A DNA stretch of 64,000 nucleotides, from positions 124,001 to 188,000 of the forward strand of contig NIVC01001130.1 of assembly GCA_002269645.1 (NCBI GenBank). Reading direction: 5' to 3'. A model generated the notes under the pieces. It was not told the DNA's origin and made no database searches. It saw nothing but the letters and a program-made list of their open reading frames with translations. The position numbers and the translations under genes are program-made. This document shows, piece by piece, positions 46,561-59,930 of the stretch (within the stretch, counting starts at the first letter, position 1; every line of letters begins with the position of its first letter). This DNA is from Macrostomum lignano (lineage: Eukaryota).

Positions 46561-47124
46561 AAGATGAAAGTACTTTTTGTCGAAAACACTAGCAGTAACT
46601 GAAAGCGGATTGGCAATTGCTGTTAGTCACTGCACCGATAGTAGAATCAGCACCTCTTGCTCCAACAACTGATAGCATGCCATTCTTGTGGACTTGGGAA
46701 TCAAAGCGAAGACAATCAAATCAGGAGAGTACCGCAATGAAGGCTTCTTGATGTAAGACAGCTTCAGTTGTTTGATAATAAATTGAATCCATTGATGAAG
46801 CAGCTTAGAGGTGTCCTAACACACTTCTGTCCATCTGGTTAGACAATCAATTGTGTCCTCAATTAATTTATTGTCTTCATCTCAATTGGTTGTATTCGAA
46901 GTCGTCTAAGCTTTAATTTGGGCAAGCAGATTTTGAATTGCAAAAATAGCCGAACTTGACCATTGTCCAAAAATTGAGCCAATCTCTTCTGCTGCACCGA
47001 CAGTCCTTTGATGCTTGCAGAAACGGTCAAGTCATCGCAAATTTGCAGAGAGCAGAGTATCTCAGGGACATCTTAACTGTCTACACAACAAGAAGAAATG
47101 TAATGCTGGCTGTTTTTGCCACAA

Positions 47125-47261
47125 NNNNNNNNNNNNNNNNNNNNNNNNNNNNNNNNNNNNNNNNNNNNNNNNNNNNNNNNNNNNNNNNNNNNNNNNNNNN
47201 NNNNNNNNNNNNNNNNNNNNNNNNNNNNNNNNNNNNNNNNNNNNNNNNNNNNNNNNNNNNN
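47125..47261. other. Assembly gap (137 N)
   Basis: Run of N. Confidence 0.99.
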
Positions 47262-47599
47262 GAAAATTAGAAAATTAAACATTGCTTTTATTCCTCAAGC
47301 ATAAGGAATTGGAAAATTAGAAAATTAAACATTGCTTTTATCCCTCAAGCATAAAGAAATGGGAAAATTAGAAAAATTAATCGTTGCTTTTGGAAATGGA
47401 AATGGAAATGGAAAATTAGAATTTGGTTTCAGCACATAACAGGTACAGAGAAAGCTTACAGTGGCAAAATTAAAATTAGAATGCGTTTGCAAACTTGACT
47501 ACTAATAGTAATGTGCATTGTTAGTTAGCAAATAGGGGCAACATTAAATTCACTGGTAAATACCTTTAAATCTCAACTTCTATGCCAATGCCAGGCAGA

Positions 47600-50500
47600 T
47601 CTGGGTTGCCTTCAGGCAGCACTACCAGATGGCGGAGGCTCAGCTCAAACAGCTAGCTGCCTTGCAGGTCAGGCTGAGCGTGGTGGGCTGTTCTGGGGCA
47701 GGCTGATTGGCAGGGTCGGCTTCGCTCTCATCGCTCGACTCATAGGGTAGCATTGGCCTCTCAGTTTGGCGCAGTGGCTCCTGCGTTCAGTCTGCCATCA
47801 TCTGCGGCACCTTTATGATGTTGTTATGGTGAACCAAAATTTCCGCTGGGCATCCTCGTCGAGCTGTAGCAGGCCTAATCCAATACACCACTTCGCCAAC
47901 TTTCCTCACAACCTTGTATATGCTTTTGTATGGCCGGTGAAATTTGGGCAGCTCTCCCAACTCGAGCTTCGGGTTGGCCAGGCAGCCAAGGTTGCCAGGC
48001 TGCAATTCCACGGGCTTCAGTCAATTCTCGTAATACTCTTCTCGGCGCTGGATCTCAGCCTGCAGTTGCTGTCGTACAATCCTCTTGGTCTCGGCCAGTC
48101 TGCACTGATGCTTGGCAATGTATTCTGGGAGATCAGCCGATACGTCCAGGTGGTCTAGGGTGTTATCAATAGGATATTAATAGGGCACTCCGTAGATGAC
48201 ATAGTGCAGCAAGAAACCAGTAGTATGATTGACGGCTGATCTTAGGGCAGTCAAAGCAGCTGGCAACATCTTGTCCCATTGCTGATGATCTTCGAGTGAC
48301 AAGTGAGCACCTTCTTGATGTTCTAATTGCACGATTCAGCTTGTCTATTAGCCCAGGGCAAATATGGCAGCATTGTAGTCTGTTGAATGCCATATACTTC
48401 ACAGAAATGTTGGAACTCATGCCATGTGAACTGTTTGCCTTGGTCCAAATGGATCCATGCTGGGATTCCGGTGATTGGGAAAACTTGTTCTTGCAGGAAA
48501 GTTATTATTGTCTTGGCGCACTGATTCTTCATGGCAAAGGCGAAGGGATATTTCGACGTAGTGTCGATGTAGATCAGTATGTACTTGTTGCCTTGGTCTG
48601 TTAGATCTCCAATGGGGCCCAGGATGTCGATTGCGCATCGCCCATAGATTTTGCAAACCGGGAATGACTATACATGTGCCAGAATTCGTCGCCGTCCTTT
48701 GCTCTGAGTGCAAGTCTGGCAGGAAGTGACATAGTTGGACACTGCCTTGGCCAAGGCAGTTCGCCAGAACCTTTCGCACACTTTAGTGATGGTGAGGTCT
48801 CGGCCCATGTGTCCACAGTAGGGCAAACCATGCAGGTCGACGAACATGGTGGCGTGATCAGTTAAGTTCAATGTATGGCGTCTGTCAGTAGGATTAGTTG
48901 GCGCAGCTTCGGCTATGGCAGCATGGTTTGGGGTCTAGAGCTCCCTCCGCACGATCGCTACTCTGACTGGTTGCCGGGTTGTTGAGGTGCCCAAAGGTCA
49001 ATCTTCATTGGTGGCTTCGGCGTCACCGTCGTCGGATCTAGATTTGTCAGCCAATGATAATGAGGTGCAGGAGCTGTCAGCATCACTGCTAAACCTCACT
49101 AGCTTGAACACCAGATGGCGAGTGGTTGGCAGCAGTCATTGAGGAGGGCTGCGCTGTGGTTGCCATTCTTGTCGTCTCTAGGAGTAGTTGGCGGCTCCTA
49201 GTAGGGCAACATATCGTGCTACTGAAGCTAGTAGGCAACTCCTATGAGTCCAGCAGGTGCAGCTCTGTCAGTGGCTTGCTGTTGGCTGGCAGTGTTGCTG
49301 GCAGCAAAGCCTTGCCATTGGACTCCTTCAGCTTTGTCGGAAGTTTTCGTCGCTTCTTGCAGGTCGATGGCTTCTTGCTCGGTGGAGGGCTAGGGTGGCT
49401 GCTGTTGAGGACCTTCGGGGCCGCTGCGCCAGATATTGCAGCTGGCTGCTTACTTTAGTCCTTATTGGCTGCCTCTCATTGAGCCTCCTCTATGTATTCG
49501 GTGTCATCCTCAGGCCATCTCGAGAAACTGTCGGCATTTTGATGCTGACTCAATTTGCGATGCTGGATCTTGAACTCAAATTCGCTCAGTCTCTTTAGCT
49601 ATTGTCCGAAGATGCCTACTTGCTGAGTTCCTCTAAGGATCCAGGTCACAGCTACATGGTCAGTTTGGCAGATGAACTTCTTGGCTAGCAGGTAGAAGCT
49701 AAAGTGTCGCATTCTATCTACAACTGCCAATAGTTCTTGTTTTGTAATTGGATATCGGGCTTCAGCTGGTTTTAGTTGCCGGGAGAAATAGCCAATTGGG
49801 CGCTCAATCCCTTCAGCTTGGCGTTGGCTCAGGCAGGCTCTGATTGGTCGCAGAAGCATCCGTGTCAAGGACGAACATTACGTTAGGATCCTCGCTGAAC
49901 TGTAGATACGCGAGCACTGATGTCAAAGTCATAGCTGCTTTGAGCTGGTTGAACGCATCTTGCTGGGCTTTTCCCCATAGACAATTAAAATTGCGGATTT
50001 TCTTCTCCTTAATTAGATTGTGGAGCGGAGCTGCAAGTTCTGCGTAGCCAGGTACAAATTTAGCATAGTAAGCACATGTGCAGACAAAACTCTTGAGTTG
50101 TTGAGCTGTTCTTGTCTTGGCCAGGTCTGGATCGCTTTGATCTTTGCCAGATCAGTCTTGATGCCGGCTTTAGTTATTAGGTGTCCCAACTATTTGCCCA
50201 AAATAAATGGCACTTCTTGCCTTTGAACTTTAGATTAGCTTCCTAAATTCGTTTGAAATTCTTCCATATGTCATAGATGGTTGGTGACTTTCTTAGAATA
50301 AACGATTATGTCATCCAGATAGGCAATTGCACTTTTATAGGCAATCCCATTGAGCACAGCATTCATGAGGCGCATGAAGCTGGCTGGAGCTGAGCTTAGT
50401 CCCATTGGCATAACATTGTAGGCAAATTGTCCGCGATGCAGTGTAGCGAAGGCAGTCCAATCTTGATCTTCTGGATGCAGAGGAATCTAATAGTAGCCGC

Positions 50501-51720
50501 TATTTAAATTGAATGTACTAAACAGCTGGCTTCCTTCAAGGCTGGCAAATGCTTCTTGGATGTTAGGAATCGGATACTGGGTACGGGTACTCACATTTCT
50601 GGTTCAGACTCCAGAAATCTTGTACAATTCTCAGGCTGCCGTCCTTCTTTGGGATGATCACCAGCAGAGTTTTGTAGCTGGAGAAGCTCGGTCGAATCAC
50701 GCCTTTGGCAAGCAGATCGTCAAGCAGTTGGTCCACCTTGGGCAGCAGATGCGGCAGAATCCTTCAGGTCAGCAGATGTACAGGATCCTTGTCCTTCAAT
50801 ACAATGTTGTGGGTGACCAAGTGGGTGCAACCAAGATTGTGTGGCCCCTGAGAGAAGATGTTCTTATACTTCTTTAGTAGCTCGATGACTTAAGCGCGCT
50901 GGTCACTGGACAGGTCCTCGCCAATGTCAATCTTCTTGATCCAAGCATCAGGATCTTCATCTTGGACTTGATTGACTGAGGCTTCTAACTTTAGAAACGG
51001 AAAGAATTGTAGCTTGGGCAGTCTGATTGGTCTCGCTATTCTGACTAGGACATTCGCTTGCACTTTGATGGATGTAGTGCCTCAATTGATCATCTTAAAA
51101 GTGCCTTCTCCGTTCGCCATAGAAATTAGGGTAGGCGCGGCATCCAGGTGCTGCACATTGTCTTCGCGTTGAGCCGGTTTCAGCGGCTCAATCACAGCGG
51201 GTGTCCCTTGATTCTCTTCTCATCCTTGGCTAACTTAATCTTGATTCAGGCTAATGATAGCAGTGGCACAGTGGTACTCTTAGCTGTGTAAATCCTGCAT
51301 GTGGTAGTTTCAGTTCGCGTGTAGCGAAGTGGTGCGGCAGTGCCATCTTTAAAGAACAGCATCCCGGCTGCGAGGTCCAGTGAGGTGCTGTACTTCTCCA
51401 GGAACTCAAAGCACAGGATGTTGTCATGCGATCCTTTCGCTAGCAGAAACTTGACAGTAGGCTTGAAATTACCGATCTTTACTTTGATTGATAATTGGCC
51501 TGCCATCTGAATAGGTTCGCCATTGTAGGTCACAATGTGCTGCAGACAAGGCTCAATTTGGCCACGCAGGGTTGGGTCTTTGGTACATAGTCAGTGCCAA
51601 GTGCTGAATCATAGGACTTTGCACTTGGAGCTGGTGTCGAGCAGAAAAGCAAAATAACACCCTTGAATCTCACCAGTTAGAAATTGATTCCTTTGTGGGC
51701 ACTTGGGTGCAGAGTTCTGT
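47600..51720 (-). pseudogene. Decayed Ty3/Gypsy pol (protease-RT-RNase H-integrase)
   Basis: FLLDTS protease (~51640), AYLDDIIVYS RT (~50310), YFSRQLKPAEARYPITKQELLAVV...TDH RNase H (~49700), H..GHMG...CQTC zinc finger (~48750), IHLDQGKQF...NRQAESCN integrase core (~48400). Gypsy domain order; many stops; no LTR or gag found. Confidence 0.92.
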
Positions 51721-52600
51721 ACAGGTGCGGCTGCGGTTAGACAGTTTTATTATCTAATTGTTCAGTTTAACTATTTTTGTCTCTCTTTGGCCAATGTGCA
51801 ATGTAGAATGTATATTCACAATAAAGCTAAAAGAGTTTTATGACCCTTTGTGTGGCAAGCTTGCAATTTAATTGCAGTTTTGACTGAATTTTATAGTTTA
51901 CCAACCAATCTAATTGACAATCAATGAAAGAGAATGAGGGGGTTATAAACCTGGCCTAAGAAGCTAAAATGTGGTATGCAAAGTCTTTTTTCATCAATCC
52001 CCTAATCTGCTTTGATCTTGTTTGTTATTTTATAACACATAGAGGATGACACAGTTGCAGATGGGGGCAGTATCTAATGAGCCCAATTAATTCATATTCA
52101 TTTGGCAAATTGATATATTAAACATATACTACAATTAGAAGTGGGTCAAATATTTGAAAAACAAAGTTTTTCATTGCTTACAATATTTGAATTTTGAATT
52201 TGAATGCCCCATAGGGGCTTAATATACTAGTATAAACTGTTTTTTATAAGAAAGAATGCATAGATTGCACATAATATTATATAGATAATGTATATAAATA
52301 ATCTTCCAAAATTTATTCCAGTGTATACTATGCTACCTTCTTAGCTATACCAGTAGTTTAATATCCGAAATGAATAAATAACCAGAGGCTATTTGGTTAA
52401 ATGGCTATTTGGCATAATTTCAAAAATACTTAGTATAATAATATCCAGGTTTAAACATCTATAACAAAGAAAGAACAACCTTTTATTTTGTACGTTTTTT
52501 ATATTTATTTGGCATACTTAAAGAACTCTCAGTACAAAATACTTTTATTTGTCATCCTGTGTTTAAATTGAGTGATTCTGATGATGCTTAAAAAAGCCAG

Positions 52601-55600
52601 TTTTGTACTCAAGCCAGTAATGCATTCCTGAGACTGTTTAGTGCGCGCCAACTTTGCGCCTGTAGGCGTTGTCTAACGCGCAGTCCTCGCACTTGGTTAG
52701 CCGCCTGCGTACTGCTGGTACTGTGCGTTCACTATCTGCTGCTGCTGCCTCGGCCGTTGCTGACAGCCAACTCTGATGCTGCCCGGCAGCGTCTGGCAGG
52801 ATCGGCTGGACCAGCTGGCAGCAGAGACGGCAGCAGCCAGCGAGGTAGCGAAGGAGGCGGCGGCAACAGCGACAGCGGCACACCGCCGCGTCATCCTCGA
52901 CTGCAGTTCGCCTGCCGTCGCAGCGATGCGCCCGAGTGGCCTGTTGACCTCGGCCCCCTTCCGGCCGGCCAGCTGAAACTGAGGAGCGACGCTAAAATCC
53001 TATTATTAGTTGATAACGAGAACGGCCCGGTTATTAGGCAGCTAATTAACCTGCTGGAGCATATGCGACTGTCGTATAAGACTGCCCCGACTTGGAAACC
53101 GTTGCCGCATCTCACTAGCAGCGATCGGGGCCGCTTTGGAGCCATTCTGATGGATAGCCTGTCCGCCTACCTTAATATGGACAGGTAATTTTGTTTATAC
53201 TGTACCAGAGATCTGCCGTAAAACAAAATTGTATCAGAAGATTTTGACTCAGACAGAAATGAGTTCCCAACTTTGGACTGCCAGTTACTCTTTGAGTTCC
53301 CGACTGTTAACTGCCAGGCACTCTTTGAGTTCCCGACTGTTAACTGCCAGGCACTCTTTGAGTTCCCGACTGTTGACTGCCAGTTACTCTTTGAGTTCCC
53401 GACTGTTAACTGCCAGGCACTCTTTGAGTTCCCGACTGTTGACTGCCAGCCACTCTTTGAGTTCCCGACTGTTGACTGCCAGTTACTCTTTGAGTTCCCG
53501 ACTTTGGACTGCCATCCACTCTTTGAGTTCCCGACTGTTAACTGGCAGCCACTTATAAAACCTACGCCGCCTTACAGGTGGAACCGTGGCCTCCTAGACC
53601 GCTATTGTCGGGATTACGCTGTCGGCCAGGTGGCCGCAATGCTCGCCAGCGGCGGCGGCGGCAGCGGGGGTGTTCGTCGTCGTCGTCAGCAGCAGCGTCG
53701 CCGCAGGCAGCAGCAGAAGCTCTACCGCAACGGCCGCCTCGGCGACCTGCCTGTCTGGGCCTCCCCAGTGTCTATTGGGGATTTAATCAACTCGTCATCT
53801 TCAGGTAGTGCAAATATCGGCATTCACGTTAGCAGGTTAAGCCCGGTCACCCGGCTGACCAAATCCGGTATTCTGGCTGAACTGCCGCTGCCTGGCGACA
53901 CTGGCGCCGGGCATTGGATGACATTCAATACCAGCCACGAGGGCTACGGCTACGTTGCTTGGTTCAAGTCGTCAAATAAAGCCAACGGCGATAGCGGAGG
54001 CGACAGATTGGCCACCGTGCTGTCAGACAGCGGCCGATACGACGGCATCGCCCGGGTGATTTTCGGCTACGATTTCTCGCCTTGGCTGCACGCCGCTCTG
54101 CTGGCGGACGCCCTGGCCTGGACTAGTCGGGGTCGGTTTGCCCAATCGTTGGATAGATTTGTACAGGTAAAATTAGCCTCATTGGTGAGATTTAGTTGTC
54201 ACTGGCTGTTAAATTACAGCAGTCAGTTGTCATTGGCTGTCAAATTACAGCAGACAGTTGTCACTGGCTGTCAAATTACAACAGTCAGTTGTCACTGGCT
54301 GTCAAATTGCAACAGTCAGTTGTCATTGGCTGTCAAATTACAGCAGTCAGTTGTCACTGGCTGTCAAATTACAGCAGTCAGTTGTCACTGGCTGTCAAAT
54401 TGCAACAGTCAGTTGTCATTGGCTGTCAAATTACAGCAGTCAGTTGTCATTGGCTGTCAAATTGCAACAGTCAGTTGTCATTCATTGGCTGTCAAATTAC
54501 AGCAGTCAGTTGTCGCTGGCTGTCAAATTGTAGCAGTCTATCATCGTGTCTAGGCAACGTGACTTTCGCAATTCTTTATAATGGAGCTTAATTTTTTATT
54601 GCCAATTTAAATAAATGCGATAATACCCATCTCGATGCTACTGTTCAGTAGGCGATCTGTAAACAATGAATCATCGCAATTACTCGTATTCAGGTGGACA
54701 TTGACGACGTGTTCGTCGGCCCCAGTGGTCTGCGCATGCTGCCTAACGACGTCGACGCATTAGTTGCTACGCAACGGCGTTGGCGCAGTCGCTTCGGCCT
54801 GTCTGGTTTCACCTTTCAGCTGGGTTTCTCCGGCCGCTATTTTGGTCGCGGCAATCCGGCCGAGAATGCCGGCGACGCCAGGCTGTTGACTTTGAGGCGG
54901 CATTTTCTTTGGTTTCCGCACATGTACAAGCATAATAAGCCGCATACATATGCTAGCGCTGAGGCTCTGGAGGCTGTCATGCTCAAGAATAAAGATTGGG
55001 CCATCGAAAACGTGAGTGTTTGCTTTGTTAGTGCCAGTGCTTAGCTACTTTGTGCTGTTTTGTTTTCTTGCTGATTGTGTCTCCTCATGTGTCATTGTGT
55101 CACTGATTGTATCACTGATTGTGTCTCCCATGTGTCATTGTATCACTGATTATGTCACTAATTGTGTTATTTATTGTGTCACTGATAGTGTTATTTATTG
55201 CGTCACTGATTGTGTTATTTATTTTGTGTCACTGATTGTACTTTGTATCACTGATTGTGTCTCCCCATGTGTCACTGATTGTGTCACTGATTGTGTTATT
55301 TATTGTGTCACTGATTGTGTCACTGATTGTGTTATTTATTGTGTCACCGATTGTGTTATTGATTTTGTGTCACTGATTGTATCACTGATTGTGTCTCCCC
55401 ATGTGTCATTGTGTCACTAATTGTATCACTGATTGTGTATCCCCATGTGTTACTGATTGTGTATCCCCATGTGTCACTGATTGTGTCTTCCCATGTGTTA
55501 CTGATTGTCTTCCTATGTGTCACTAATTGTCTTCCTATGTGTCACTAATTGTCTTCCTATGTGTCACTAATTGTGTCATTGATTATGTCTTCCCATATGT

Positions 55601-58600
55601 CAATAATTGTGTCACCGATTGTGTCACTGATTGTGTCACTCATTGTTTTTCCAAGTGTCACTGATTGTGTCTTCCCATGTGTCACTGATTGTGTAATTGA
55701 TTATGTCTTCCCATGTGTCACTGATTGTGTATCCCCATGTGTCACTGATTGTGTCTTCCCATGTGTTACTGATTGTCTTCCTATGTGTCACTAATTGTCT
55801 TCCTATGTGTCACTAATTGTGTCATTGATTATGTCTTCCCATATGTCAATAATTGTGTCACCGATTGTGTCACTGATTGTGTCACTCATTGTTTTTCCAT
55901 GTGTCACTGATTGTGTCTTCCCATGTGTCACTGATTGTGTAATTGATTATGTCTTCCCATGTGTCACTGATTGTGTCACCGATTATGTCACTGATTGTGT
56001 CACTCATTGTTTTTCCATGTGTCACTGACTGTGTCATTGATTATGTCTTCCCATGTGTCAATAATTGTGTCGCCGATTGTGTCACTGATTGTCACTCATT
56101 TTTTCCATGTGTCACTCATTGTGTCACTCATTGTGTCACTCATTGTTTTTCCATGTGTCACTGATTGTGTCACTCATTTTTTCCATGTGTCACTGATTGT
56201 GTCACTCATTGTATCCCATGTCACTGATTGTGTCTTCCCATGTGTCACTGATTGTGTAACCGATTGTGTCACTGATTGTATCATTTATTGTGTCATTCAT
56301 TGTCCCACTCATTGTGTCTTCCCATGTGTCACTGATTGTGTCTTCCCATGTGTTACTCATCTGACACCGATTGTCTGATTAATCACGTGACACTGATAGC
56401 ATCGGCCTCTTCGATCGCAAAAACCCGGCAGGACCTGCCCATCAGCCCTGGCTACGCAGTCTCGCCGCACCACTCCGGTGTCTACCCGGTGCACGAGCCG
56501 CTATACGCCGCCTGGCGCAGCGTCTGGTCAATCAACGTCACGTCAACTGAGGAGTATCCGCACCTACGACCGGCCAGGCGTAGACGCGGCTTCGTCTATA
56601 ACGGCGTCCGCGTGCTGCCCGGGAGACCTGCGGCATCTACACGCACACGGTCCGGCTGGCGGACTACCCCAGAGGGCAGCAGCGGCTTCGGCAGCTGGTA
56701 CTGGGCGGAGAGCTGTTTCACACAGTGCTACTTCACCCAATCTGCGTGTTCATGACCCACATGCCTAACTATGCCAACGATAGGCTAGCCTACTACGTAT
56801 TCGATGGCCTATTTAACTTTCTGACCTGTCACACCAATATCCGACTGCGCTGGGCCGATCCGCAACGCTTAGCGACATTATATTTCAATTCGGCGCACAG
56901 GGAGGAGCGCCAGGCGCCGCTCTGGCTCAGCCCGTGCGCCGATCCGCGCCACAGAGAGATCTGGGCCGGCCCGAAGGATCTGTGCGCCCGCCTGCCCTCT
57001 CTACTGATTGTCGGACCGCAGAAAACTGGCAGTACGGCGCTGCACACGTTTCTAAGCCTGCATCCGCAACTGCTGCCCTCTATTAAGCATCCGCGCACCT
57101 TTGAAGAGGTCCAGTTTTTCACCGATCCAAACTACGCCAAAGGCTTGTTGCACTATTATTCGTATTTCAACTATACTAGAGAGTTCACCGTGAATTTCAC
57201 CGCCGACCCCGGCGCCAGGCCGATTTATTTTGAAAAGTCGGCTAATTATTTCGATCAGGCCCGGGTGCCAGGCCGAGTGAAAGCCCTGCTGCCCAGTGCC
57301 AGAATTGTGGCCATACTCATGGACCCAGCGCAGCGGGCCTACTCCTGGTATCAGCACCAGCTGGCTCACGGAGATCCAGCCGCTACTAATTATTCATTTT
57401 ATCAGGTGCGCTTCTTTGTTTCTGATCAATATTTTCATGCCAGTTTATCATTAACCAGTTGATCATCTCTCTCCTCATTTCTAACAGCTGTGATCTAATC
57501 TATACTTTCTCAGATCTTCTCTACTATCTTCAGTGTCGTCTTTACCCTCTCCAATCTCATCTCTACCCTCTCCGATCTCATCTCTACCCTATCTGATCTC
57601 ATCTCTACCCTCTCCGATCTCATCTCTACCCTCTTTGATCTCATCTCTACCCTCTTTTATCTCATCTCTACCCTCTCCGATCTCATCTCTACCCTATCTG
57701 ATCTCATCTCTACCCTCTCCGATCTCATCTCTACCCTCTTTCATCTTCTCATCTCTATCCTCTCTGATTTCATCTCTACCCTATCTGATCTCATCTCTAA
57801 CCTCTCCGATCTCATCTCTACCCTATCTGATCTCATCTCTACCCTCTCCGATCTCATCTCTACCCTCTTTCATCTTCTCATCTCTATCCTCTCTGATTTC
57901 ATCTCTACCCTATCTGATCTCATCTCTAACCTCTCCGATCTCATCTCTACCCTATCTGATCTCATCTCTACCCTATCTGATCTCATCTCTACCCTCTCCG
58001 ATCTCATCTCTACCCTCTCTGATCTCTTCTACCCTCTTTCATCTTCTCATCTCTATCCTCTCTGATTTCATCTCTACCCTCTCCAATCTCATCTCTATCC
58101 TCTCTGATTTCATCTCTACCCTATCTGATCTCATCTCTACCCTATCTGATCTCATCTCTAACCTCTCCGATCTCATCTCTACCCTATCTGATCTCATCTC
58201 TACCCTCTCCGATCTCATCTCTACCCTCTCTGATCTCTTCTCTACCTTCTTTCATCTTCTCATCTCTACCCTCTGATTGCATCTCTACCTTCTCAGATCT
58301 CGCCTCTACGTACCATCTTTGATATCATATTTACTGTCTCTGATCTCATCTGAACCCTTACTAACTAATCTCTTCTACCATCCCTAATCTCATCTCTCAC
58401 CTGACCAATCTCTCATATTGCTTACTAAATTCATCCACCGCAGGTGATCACATCTGACGACGCCGCCCCGCGGGAGGTCCGGCAGCTCCGCCATCGCTGC
58501 CTGCGTCCCGGCCGATACGCGAACATTCTGAAGCGCTGGTTTCGTCAGTACAGGCCGCGCAGCGTCTACCTTGTTGATGGCGACCAGCTGCGCAACAGTC

Positions 58601-58923
58601 CGGCCCAGGCTGTGCACCGGCTGCAGCGATGGCTCGGCCTCAAGCCTCAGGTTGATTACACCCAGCTGCTGCTGTACAACAAGCGCAAAGGTTTCTATTG
58701 CTACAGGCCTGTACTGTCTGACCTCACCGTTGAGCGTCGGCCTCGCTGTCTGGGCAAAGGCAAAGGCCGACGCTATCCGGCTATTGACGAGGCCAGCTTA
58801 GCCTATCTGCGAACCTATTATAGGCACGATAATGCCCAGCTGTACAAACTGTTGCGCAGGCACTCTTACAAGCCGCCGGGCTGGCTGTTGGCACTGCAGA
58901 ATGGCGGCAAACCTGTTGCATAG
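52601..58923 (+). CDS. NDST: Bifunctional heparan sulfate N-deacetylase/N-sulfotransferase; 5' end uncertain; apparent 1-bp deletion at ~56618-56620
   Basis: Exons ~52601-53184, 53578-54166, 54694-55011, 56432-57405 and 58444-58923. Motifs [50 protein letters not shown] loop [29 protein letters not shown]; N-terminal TM anchor [18 protein letters not shown]. Confidence 0.95.
53245..53545. repeat. 33-bp minisatellite, NDST intron 1
   Basis: Unit GAGTTCCCGACTGTTAACTGCCAGGCACTCTTT. Confidence 0.95.
54190..54535. repeat. 31-bp minisatellite, NDST intron 2
   Basis: Unit CAGTCAGTTGTCATTGGCTGTCAAATTACAG. Confidence 0.95.
55060..56370. repeat. Degenerate GTCACTGATTGT-based satellite, NDST intron 3
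   Basis: 12-nt core with CCCATGT variants and a duplicated ~246-bp block (55549/55795). Confidence 0.92.
57520..58310. repeat. 21-bp pyrimidine-rich minisatellite, NDST intron 4
   Basis: Unit TCTCATCTCTACCCTCTCCGA. Confidence 0.95.
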
Positions 58924-59029
58924 TTTGTTGGAGTTGCTTCCAGCTTTGCTTGGCTTGGCTTTTTATCTGTTTTACAGCCTTTGTACAAATTTTCAGTAGC
59001 CAAACATAAGCGGCTATTGGAGTGCGTAC

Positions 59030-59930
59030 ATCTGGTAACTAAGTTGGTAGATCTGGTAACTGAGTTAATTATAGATCTGGTAACTGAGTTAATTATAGAT
59101 CTGGTAACTGAGTTAATTATAGATCTGGTAACTGAGTTAATTATAGATCTGGTAACTGAGTTAATTATAGATCTGGTAACTGAGTTGGTAGATCTGGTAA
59201 CTGAGTAGGTAGATCTGGTAACTGAGTTAATAGATCTGGTAACTGAGTTAATAGATCTGGTAACTGAGTTAATTATAGATCTGGTAACTGAGTTGATAGA
59301 TCTGGTAACTGAGTTAATAGATCTGGTAACTGAGTTAATAGATCTGGTAACTGAGTTAATAGATCTGGTAACTGAGTTTATAGATCTGGTAACTGAGTTA
59401 ATAGATCTGGTAACTGAGTTTATAGATCTGGTAACTGAGTTTATAGATCTGGTAACTGAGTAGATAGATCTGGTAACTGAGTTAATAGATCTGGTAACTG
59501 AGTTAATTATAGATCTGGTAACTGAGTTGATAGATCTGGTAACTGAGTTAATAGATCTGGTAACTGAGTTAATAGATCTGGTAACTGAGTTAATAGATCT
59601 GGTAACTGAGTTTATAGATCTGGTAACTGAGTTAATAGATCTGGTAACTGAGTTTATAGATCTGGTAACTGAGTTTATAGATCTGGTAACTGAGTAGATA
59701 GATCTGGTAACTGAGTTAATAGATCTGGTAACTGAGTTTATAGATCTGGTAACTGAGTTTATAGATCTGGTAACTGAGTAGATAGATCTGGTAACTGAGT
59801 TAATAGATCTGGTAACTGAGTTAATAGATCTGGTAACTGAGTTTATAGATCTGGTAACTGAGTAGGTAGATCTGGTAACTGAGTTAATAGATCTGGTAAC
59901 TGAGTTGGTAGATCTGGTAACTGAGTGGGT
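59030..59930. repeat. 21/24-bp minisatellite downstream of the NDST stop
   Basis: Unit AGATCTGGTAACTGAGTTAAT(TAT). Confidence 0.95.

Noticed and set aside
46956-47304. ORFs spanning the N run
   Set aside because: Artefacts of the assembly gap.
47600-51720. This Gypsy pol as the active helper of the gag-only element
   Set aside because: It is riddled with stops, and no shared LTR or PBS sequence is visible in the window.
53273-54553. 426-aa ORF as a single protein with repeat domains
   Set aside because: It is NDST exon 2 read through into flanking 33- and 31-bp intronic repeats; splice sites at 53577/53578 and 54166/54167 restore the conserved NDST sequence.
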